Shown: piece after piece, positions 18,573 through 26,300 of the stretch
Position numbering within the stretch: the first letter of the stretch is position 1
Layout of the letters: each line of letters opens with the position of its first letter
From: an uncultured Myxococcales bacterium
GTDB lineage: Bacteria; Myxococcota_A; UBA9042
Assembly: GCA_903919145.1 (NCBI GenBank)
Contig: CAIXGW010000139.1
Coordinates: 33,927 to 97,926 of the forward strand
DNA length: 64,000 nucleotides
Direction of reading: 5' to 3'
Program-made: the position numbers and the translations under genes
The notes under the pieces: generated by a model
Seen by the model: the letters and a program-made list of their open reading frames with translations, nothing else
Database searches by the model: none
What the model was told of the DNA's origin: nothing

Positions 18573-20138
18573 TCAAAATAGCAGCAGATTCTGTGGCGGC
18601 GGTCGATCGACGACCGGGTCGACCGCGCTCAGTACAGCCTCTGCCGTGGCCGGTCCGACCCCCGGCAAGGCCAACAGCAGGGCCTTCTTGGCCGCGGCGT
18701 CCAGCCCCTCAAGCCGATCCAGGACTGCGCCTTCGCCGCCCAGCTGCTGCAGGGCCATCGCACAGTCCGCCAGCCAGGTGGCACGGCGGGCCGGTAGCGG
18801 AATGCCAGCCTGCAGCGCCAGTTGGCGGGTAGACTCGCCGCGCTGTTCGGCCGGCAGCGCCTGCAAGGCGGCACTGCTGAGCAGCTGCCGCGCCTGCGGA
18901 TGGGCCGTCAGGTCGACGCCGCCCAGGTGGCGCAGCAGCGCCGGCCACAACACGCTGGCCAGGGCGGGCTGCGGCTTCTCCGGCGCAGGCTGAGCCAAAG
19001 CGGGAAAGAACTCCTCCAGATCGTCTGCCGGGGGAGCGTCAGGCGCCTCGGGCGCTGGTCCTGCCCAAGGCGCTGAGAACAGGTCCGAGCTGTCGGGCAC
19101 GGCGCTGTCAGGCACGGCGCTGTCAGGCACGGCGTTGTCAGGCACGGCGTTGTCAGGCTCGGCGTTGTCAGGCACGGCGTTGTCAGGCACGGCGTTGTCA
19201 GAGTCGGCGTTGTCAGAGTCGGTGCGGGCTGGGCCCTGGGCGTCGTAGGGTTCAGCGTCTTCGCCTTCTGGAGGGCGGACACCGGGCAACAGCGTCACGC
19301 GCAGCTCGTGGGCCGTAGGAATGACTTCCAGCAGGTCGTTCTGAGCGCGCAGCAGATCGGACAGCGTGCGGTGGCCCAAGGCGCGGTGGCGAAAACCCGG
19401 CATGGCCTGCTGAAGCAAATTGCCAATGGCACCAGTGGTCATGGCACCGCGCTGCCCAAGCATTTCCATCAGCAAAGCGCGAACTTGCTCAATGGTTGGG
19501 GAGCGCGGTGGGGCCTGGTCCGCTGGCCGGGAGTCCGCCGTCAGAGCGCTTGAGCCCTGAGCGTTGGCCGGCTCGGCGCTGGACCTGTCGCTGACTGGCT
19601 TGGTGCCGCCTGATCGGTCGCTGTCTTCGCGGTCGGCAGAGGCGGGCTCGGCAGCTGGGCGGTCTCCGCTGGCCCGGTCGGAGGCGAGCCTGTCGCTCAG
19701 CGACCTGTCAAAGTCCAGGCGCTCGAAACGATCACAGGCGGCGACCAGGGTGTCGGCCACTGACCGGCCCTTGGGGGCCACGCCAATGACGATTTTGCCG
19801 CGCGACCGCAACTTCTGGGCCAGCGGCACAAAATCGGAGTCGCCCGTCGCCAGGACGTAGACTTGCACGCTGGGCGTCAGGCTGAGGAACTCCATGACAT
19901 CGACCACGATCGCGATGTCGGCCGAGTTCTTGCCGCCGGTGCGCAGGATTTGGGTCGGCACGCCCCCGACGTCCAGGGTGGTGTCCCAGTGCTGGCCATA
20001 GCCGCGCCGCCAGTCGCCGTAGACCGCCAGATGGCAGACCCGGCCCTGGGTGGCGCCGAAGTCGGCCACCGAGCGGATGAATTGACCGCCGACATTTTCC
20101 ATGTCAACGAAGATGGCCACCAGGGCTGTGCTGACCAT
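18573..20138 (-). CDS. NYN-domain (LabA/PIN-like RNase fold) protein with OST-HTH/LOTUS-like domain and a (VPDNA)n pentapeptide repeat tract
   Basis: N-terminus IFVDMENV...YGDW...KNSADIAIVVDVMEF...VYVLATGDSDFVPLAQKLRSRGKIVIGV is the NYN signature. Mid-region IEQVRALLMEMLGQRGAMTTGAIGNLLQQ is LOTUS-like. Residues ~300-350: DSDNADSDNAVPDNAVPDNAEPDNAVPDNAVPDSAVPDSAVPDS, encoded by a 15 bp tandem DNA repeat (~19075-19215). Confidence 0.75.
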   Translation of the reverse strand: MVSTALVAIFVDMENVGGQFIRSVADFGATQGRVCHLAVYGDWRRGYGQHWDTTLDVGGVPTQILRTGGKNSADIAIVVDVMEFLSLTPSVQVYVLATGDSDFVPLAQKLRSRGKIVIGVAPKGRSVADTLVAACDRFERLDFDRSLSDRLASDRASGDRPAAEPASADREDSDRSGGTKPVSDRSSAEPANAQGSSALTADSRPADQAPPRSPTIEQVRALLMEMLGQRGAMTTGAIGNLLQQAMPGFRHRALGHRTLSDLLRAQNDLLEVIPTAHELRVTLLPGVRPPEGEDAEPYDAQGPARTDSDNADSDNAVPDNAVPDNAEPDNAVPDNAVPDSAVPDSAVPDSSDLFSAPWAGPAPEAPDAPPADDLEEFFPALAQPAPEKPQPALASVLWPALLRHLGGVDLTAHPQARQLLSSAALQALPAEQRGESTRQLALQAGIPLPARRATWLADCAMALQQLGGEGAVLDRLEGLDAAAKKALLLALPGVGPATAEAVLSAVDPVVDRPPPQNLLLF

Positions 20139-20144
20139 GGCTGG

Positions 20145-20426
20145 CTACACCAGGGCTTCGCGCAGGCGCTTTTCAATCGATCCCTGAAGCTTCTGGGCAT
20201 CGACCCCAGCCAGGCGAGCGGCCATCCCGAGCTCGACCTGCACGTGAACGGCCGTGTCGGTCACGCTGACTTCGCCGCCCACACCAATGCCCTTGATCTT
20301 GGCCTTGGGGCCGGACCACTCCAGCTTGGCGCGGTACTTGGCAAGCATTTCTTCAAACTGGGCCAAACGCTTGACGGCGGCATCGCGACCAAGGGTGTGA
20401 GCCTGCTGGACATTGACTTGGGCCAT
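20145..20426 (-). CDS. Small (93 aa) conserved protein, resembles the ~90 aa 'putative polyhydroxyalkanoic acid system protein' family (from memory, unverified)
   Basis: ATG 20426 preceded by GGAGGAATCG. Sequence MAQVNVQQAHTLGRDAAVKRLAQFEEMLAKYRAKLEWSGPK...GIGVGGEVSVTDTAVHVQVELGMAARLAGVDAQKLQGSIEKRLREAL. Stop TAG lies 6 nt before the NYN gene ATG, so probably co-transcribed. The long ORF-track version (20145-20804) is rejected. Confidence 0.55.
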   Translation of the reverse strand: MAQVNVQQAHTLGRDAAVKRLAQFEEMLAKYRAKLEWSGPKAKIKGIGVGGEVSVTDTAVHVQVELGMAARLAGVDAQKLQGSIEKRLREALV

Positions 20427-20593
20427 CGATTCCTCCGCTGCGTGTGACAACTTGTGTGCAACCGTACTATGTCGCGGCACTAATCTCAATCGACCTTGTA
20501 TCCCATGCGCGCCGGTCCGCACGCCCGTGCTTGCTGTGCGCTCGCCGGGGTGACAGGCTTGCCGGCGGCCATGCTTTGGCCAGGTGGATGGCG

Positions 20594-23017
20594 ATGGCGG
20601 CGAGGCGCGATGAAACCCCGATGCTTCCGGGCCTTGAAGGGCCTGCGCCGCCGCGCCCCAAGCGCACCGCGCCGCAGGCGCCCCAGGCCGCTGCAGCCGG
20701 CCAGCGCTTTGCCGTGATCGCCGACGTGGCGGTGGCGCAGGGGTTGGACGCGTTGAGCTACGGCGTGCCAGAGGCGCTGCTGGCGACCGCCGTGGCCGGT
20801 GCACGGGCCACGGTGCCCCTGCGCGGCAAGCTGGCGGTGGGGCTGATTGTGCAGGTCAGACCAGCAGTTCTTGGTGACCCGCTGCTGGCCAAGCTGCGGC
20901 CGCTGCTGGCGGTGCCCGGCGATTCGCCGCCGCTGCCGGCAGAATTGCTGGAGACCGTGCGGTTTCTGGCGCGCTACTACCACACCCCGCTGGGCTCGGC
21001 CGCGCGGGCCTGTCTGCCGGCGGCGCTGCGCCGCACTGGTGTGGGGGCCGATCGCGCGGCCGACAAGCAAGAACCGTGGGTTGGCGCCACCTGGCTGCGG
21101 CCCTGGCCAGACGATCTGGGCCGCGCTGAGACCCGGGTGCTGCACCGAATCGAAGCCGAAGGCAGCCTGCCGCTAGCGGAATTGCGTCGCAAGTCGCCCC
21201 CAGAGCCGGCGGCACCTGCAGCAGAGGGGGCCGACGCTGTTGCGGCAACCGCTGGGCCCGCCAGGGCCAAGAGCGCTGCGGCGCCCACCGAGCTGCTGCA
21301 AGGGCTTGAGCGCCGCGGGCTGGTCCGGCTGTGGCAGCAGCGGGTCCTGCGCGACCCCCTTGGCATGCGCGAACCCGTCCCCACCGACCAACCGCTGCCG
21401 CTGACGGCCGACCAGGCGGTGGCGGTGTTGGCGCTGCAGCAGGCCATAGAAACGCAGAAATTCTCTGGCTTCTTGCTGCACGGTGTCACCGGATCGGGCA
21501 AGACCGAGGTCTATTTGCAGGCGATCGCCTTGGCACTGGCCCACGGCCGCGGCGCGATTGTGCTGGTACCAGAGATCGCCCTGACCCCGCAGCTGGTCCG
21601 GCGTTTTCGGGCGCGCTTTGGCGATCAGGTGGCGGCCCTGCACTCGGCGATGTCGGAGGGCGAGCGGCTGGACCAGCTTGACCTGGTGCAGGGCGGGCAG
21701 CGGCGCATCGTCATCGGTCCGCGCTCTGCCTTGTTTGCGCCGATGGCCAACGTGGGGGTGCTGGTAGTCGACGAGTGCCATGACGGTTCTTTTAAGCAGC
21801 AGGCAGGGTTGCGCTACCACGCCCGCGACGTGGCCCTGGTGCGGGCGCGCGCGGCCGGCGCGGTGTGCGTCCTGGGCTCAGCGACGCCAGGCTGCGAAGA
21901 GGTAGCGCTGGCCCAAAGCGGACGCTTGACGACGCTGAGCCTGCCGGCAAGAGCGGTGGCGCTGTCGCTGCCGACTGTCAAGGTCATCGACTTGCGCACA
22001 GCCGAGCGACTGCGCGACATCGAGTCCGACCGGCCAAGCATGCTGTCCCACGAGCTGCTGGCGGCCATCTCGGCGACGGTGGCGCGCGGCGAACAGGTCA
22101 TTTTGCTGCACAACCGCCGCGGTTATGCGACGTCGATGGTCTGCGCGGCCTGTGGCACGGCAGTCGAGTGCCCCGAGTGTGCGGTGTCTTTGACCTTGCA
22201 CAAGGGCTCTGGACGCCTGCGCTGCCACTGGTGCGACCTGTCTTTGCCCATGGGGATGAGCTGCCCGACCTGTGGGGCGCGCAACCTGCTGGGCGTCGGC
22301 GCGGGGACGGAGCGCATTGAAGTGACTCTGAGCGCCGAGCTGCCCCACGTGAAGATGGCCCGGTTTGACCGCGACACGGCGTCGGGGCAGCGGCTGCACG
22401 AGACCTTGGGGCGATTTCGCAACCGCGAGCTCGACCTGCTGGTGGGCACCCAGATGCTGGCCAAAGGCCATGATTTTCCAGCAGTGACCTTGGTTGGGGT
22501 GATCCTGGCAGAGGCCGGCCTGGGCATCGCCGATTTCCGGGCTGCAGAGCGGACTTTTCAGCTGCTGACCCAGGTGGCCGGGCGGGCAGGGCGCGGCCAT
22601 CGGCCCGGCACGGTGCTGGTGCAGACGCATCAGCCAGACCACGTGGCCATTCGCTACGCCTTGAACCAAGATCACCAAGGGTTTACCGCTCAGGAACTCG
22701 ACAGCCGCCGCCGATCGGCCTACCCGCCCTATGCCCACCTTGCGCTCCTGGAAGCCCGCCACGCTGACGACCAGCTGGCTCGGGCGGCGATGCAGCATGC
22801 GGTGGCGGCTTTGGAGAGCTGGGGCGCCCAGGTGCGCGGCCCGGTGATGGCTCAGATGGCCAGGGTCAGAAATATTTGGAGGATCCACGCGCTGTTGCGC
22901 AGCGACGACCGGCCGCCCCTTCACCAGTGGCTGACGCGTCTGCGCGCCGAAGTGCTGCCGCTGCTGCCGGCCGCCGTCGAATTCACCATCGACGTCGATC
23001 CAGCCAGTTTTGGCTAG
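20594..23017 (+). CDS. priA: Primosomal protein N' (PriA helicase)
   Basis: Walker A LLHGVTGSGKTEVY, DEAH-type VVDECHDGSF, Cys-rich zinc-binding region CAACGTAVECPECAVSLTLHKGSGRLRCHWCDLSLPMGMSCPTCGARNL, C-terminal winged helix. Start at ATG 20594 (AGGTGG SD 6 nt upstream); 20588 is also possible. The 5' extension of the ORF track to 20444 is rejected. Confidence 0.9.
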   Translation: MAARRDETPMLPGLEGPAPPRPKRTAPQAPQAAAAGQRFAVIADVAVAQGLDALSYGVPEALLATAVAGARATVPLRGKLAVGLIVQVRPAVLGDPLLAKLRPLLAVPGDSPPLPAELLETVRFLARYYHTPLGSAARACLPAALRRTGVGADRAADKQEPWVGATWLRPWPDDLGRAETRVLHRIEAEGSLPLAELRRKSPPEPAAPAAEGADAVAATAGPARAKSAAAPTELLQGLERRGLVRLWQQRVLRDPLGMREPVPTDQPLPLTADQAVAVLALQQAIETQKFSGFLLHGVTGSGKTEVYLQAIALALAHGRGAIVLVPEIALTPQLVRRFRARFGDQVAALHSAMSEGERLDQLDLVQGGQRRIVIGPRSALFAPMANVGVLVVDECHDGSFKQQAGLRYHARDVALVRARAAGAVCVLGSATPGCEEVALAQSGRLTTLSLPARAVALSLPTVKVIDLRTAERLRDIESDRPSMLSHELLAAISATVARGEQVILLHNRRGYATSMVCAACGTAVECPECAVSLTLHKGSGRLRCHWCDLSLPMGMSCPTCGARNLLGVGAGTERIEVTLSAELPHVKMARFDRDTASGQRLHETLGRFRNRELDLLVGTQMLAKGHDFPAVTLVGVILAEAGLGIADFRAAERTFQLLTQVAGRAGRGHRPGTVLVQTHQPDHVAIRYALNQDHQGFTAQELDSRRRSAYPPYAHLALLEARHADDQLARAAMQHAVAALESWGAQVRGPVMAQMARVRNIWRIHALLRSDDRPPLHQWLTRLRAEVLPLLPAAVEFTIDVDPASFG

Positions 23018-23230
23018 GAGCCAAGACCGTTCCTTGGATGCGGGTCACACCTGATTCTTGTTTACCGACCTTGGTTTGGCTGTTGGGCCTTGCTTGATAG
23101 CCAAAGACCTTGGGACAGCCGGCAGCGCCGCGCCCAGACCTGCTCTCTGGCGGGCGCAGCGACCCAACCTGGCAGCCCCGGCGCCCGCCTGAGAGCCTCG
23201 CCGCCCCTGCCCAACTGCCTTGGCTTATTG

Positions 23231-23236
23231 TATACT
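23231..23236 (+). promoter_or_regulatory. Candidate -10 hexamer TATACT (AT-rich island in GC-rich DNA) ~85 nt upstream of the alpha-2-macroglobulin start
   Basis: CTTGGCTTATTGTATACTCGCC is a rare A/T-rich hexamer in a 70% GC intergenic region. The -35 is poor (TGCCCA at 17 nt spacing). Weak, sequence-only call. Confidence 0.2.
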
Positions 23237-23320
23237 CGCCGACCGCGATGCCGACGCCCGCGGCACGCCCCTGCGGCGCCGATCCGTTCCACAGTTGACT
23301 TGCCGTTCCAAGAGGTTTCC

Positions 23321-26300
23321 ATGAATCCCAAGCCCCAAGCGCGCCCCAGCGGTACCGGTCGCCGCGGCTCTTCTGCGGCACGGCTGGCCTGGCTCATCGC
23401 CCTTGCCACAGCGACGGCCTGCCAGCGCTCGGCTGAGCCGGCCAAGCCGGGCGCTGAGGCTGCCGCAGGAGGCGCAGCGGTAGCGCCGAGCAAGGGTGGG
23501 GCGCCCAGCCTGGCTGCGGCGCTGCCCGGGGTTCCGACCATGACCTTTGCGATGCCGCGCGGCGACCAGCAGCAGCTGCCGGCGATGGGCGCGGTGGCCT
23601 TTGACCAGCCCGTGGTCGCCCTGTCGGCCGTGGATGGCCCGGGCTTGGCCACCCAGGTCAGCCTGGACCCGCCCGTGCCCCTGCGTACCCAGTGGATGGG
23701 CACATCGACGCTGGGGTTTTGGCCCACCAAGCGCCTGGCGGGCGCCACTGCTTACAAGGTTAGCGTCCAAGGCGTTACCACCACGGCTGGAGCCAAGGTC
23801 GCTGATGTTTCGTGGGCTTTTGCGACACCGCCCGCCTCGGTCGCCCGCACCTGGCCCGCCGATGGCTCCGATCAGGTTCAGCCTGGCACCTTGATTCTGG
23901 TGGCGTTTGACCAGCCGGTGGACGCCGCCAGCGTGCAAGCTGCTGCTCACCTGGAGTCAGACGGCAAGCCGCTGCCGCCGCTCAAGGCGCGCGAAGCCAC
24001 CGCAGAAGAGCGCAGCCGCTGGGCCAGCGAAGAGGCGCTTAAGCCCGTGCTCGACCGCTTGGTGGTGCTTCAACCCGCCCAGGCGCTGCCGGCGCCGGCC
24101 AAAGTGGCTTTGATTGTTGGCCCAGGCGTGCGCAGCAAAGAGGGCCCCCTGCCTTCGACCAAGCCGTTTCGGCTGAACTTTGCCACCTTGGGGCCCATGG
24201 AGATCCTGTCTGCCGGCTGCGCCGAGCCCTGCGACCCCGATGCCTGGGCGCCCGTCAACGTGCAGTTCAACAACAGCTTGCCAGAAAACCAGAGCGCCCC
24301 GATGGAGAAGCTGGTGGCGATCTCGCCCTCTCCGGGGCCGCACCGCGTCTCTTGCTGGGGCCAGACCTGCCAGATCGTAGAGACTTCGGACGCACGGCCC
24401 CTGTCTGCCACCGGCCAGCCCGTCTTGTTCTGGAAGCCGGGGGTTGTCTACACCCTGTCCGTGCAGCCGGGCATTGTCGATCGCCACGGCCAAAAATTGA
24501 CCAAGGGCCGCACCGTTACCTTCACCATGGGCCACCGCCGGCCCGATTTGACGCTGATGACCAACGGCTCGGTGGCAGAGACGGCCCAGACGCCGCACCG
24601 CCTGGCCGTGACCCTGCGCAACCTCAAGACTGTGGAGGTCCGCGCCAAGGTGGTGGACCGCAGCAGCCTGGCCGCCGTCCTAAAGGGCATCCATCACACC
24701 GAAGATCCGACGCCGGCTGGTCGGGCTCCGGCGCAAAACCGCGTGGTCTACGACCAGATTCTGCCAATGCGCCCTTCGGTCAAGGCCGACGAAGACGAGC
24801 GCCGCGTCATCGAAGTCGACGCCCCCCTGGGTGGGGCGGGCAAGACCGGTGCAGTGGCGATTCAGGTCAGCTCGCCTGATGTCAAGCAGACCATCGAGCG
24901 GCTGGTTCAGGTGACCGACTTGCACCTGCTGGCCAAGCTCAGCAAGGATTCCTCGGTTTTCTGGGTCACTTCTTTGGCCACTGGCAAGCCCATGGCCGGC
25001 GTCGATGTCGCGGTGCAGTCGGGCGTGGGCAAAGAAATCTGGCGCGGCAAGACCAACGCCGACGGCCTGGTCACCGGCCCCGGCGACCTGGGTCCGGCGC
25101 CGCAGCGCTATGACGAGCCTGAGAACGGCGAAGGCGATGACTCGGCCGCGACCCCAGAGAAGCTGCCCAACATCGCCACCGCGGCGCTGGGCAGCGACTG
25201 GTCTTTCATGCGCCTGGACGGCAACGCTCGCACGGGATCCACCTGGGAGCACGAGGGATCCTTTGACCAGGAAGGCGACGGCCGCGGCTACCTCTTTGTA
25301 GACAAGAACATCTACAAGCTGGGAGAGACTGTTCACATCAAGGGCATCGTGCGCCGTCTGGGTGGCCAGGGGCTGGTGCTGCCCAAGGCCGGCGCCCCAG
25401 GGTTTGTCACCCTGCACGGGCCCAGCGAACAAGAGCTCGGCAAGGCTGCGATCAAGCTCAGCGAGTTTGGCACCTTCTCTGCGGAGCTGCCGGTGTCGAT
25501 GGCGGGCGGCTACGGCAGCTGGCAGATCAAGGCCCAGGTCGATGGCGTGGACCTGAGCGGCGGCTTTGAGGTGCTGGTGTACCGGACCCCCAAGTTCAAG
25601 TCCGAGGCCAAGACATCCACGCCGCACGTGGTGGTGGGCGAGGCGGCCCAAGGGACGGTCTCTGCAGCGTATTACAGCGGTGGGCCCCTGGCTGCGGCGC
25701 CGGTGGTGGCCAGTGGCTCAGGCTGGGGCGACCAATTTGTGCCGCCCGGCTGGAGCGAATTTGAGTTTGGCGCCGACATCTACGACGCCGCTGCGGCGCC
25801 GGGTGGCGATCGATTTGCCGACGAAAGCAAAGGACAATTGGATGCCAAGGGGGCGTGGAATTGGTCGCTGCCGACCGACAAGACGGCGACGCGCCGCTCG
25901 ATCCCGGTAGAGGTCGAGCTGGCCATCACCGATCCCAACGGTCAGCCGCTGGCCGCCAAGACGCGTTTTTGGATCCATCCAGCGGCGGTCCATGGCGGTG
26001 TGCAGCTCAAGCGCTCGATGGTCGAGTCGGGCCAGCCCATGCAGCTGGACATGATCGCTGTGGATCACCTGGGCAAGGCCGTCAGCGGTGCCGCCCTGGA
26101 GGTCGCGGTGGTGCGGCGCGTGTACAAGCAGGCCCAGCAGGTGGGCATTGGCGGCGCCGTCGACTGGAGTGTGACGCCCGTCGATGAAGAAATCGGCGGC
26201 TGCAAAGCCACTTCTGGGGCAGCGCCCGTGGCTTGCGTGGTGACCAGCAAAGACCCCGGCTTGTACCTGCTGACCCTGACGGCCAAGGACAGCCAGGGCC

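Noticed and set aside
20444-20593. 5' extensions of ORF-track entries for priA (20444), pirin (44767), zwf (52693), ilvE (32140), pgl (54306), aminotransferase (to 58029), hsp20 (to 60689), flavin reductase (to 47319), radical SAM (58393), lipoprotein (10244)
   Set aside because: In each case an internal ATG with a good Shine-Dalgarno and a recognisable N-terminus (signal peptide or conserved motif) gives the canonical protein length. The extensions cover intergenic or regulatory DNA.
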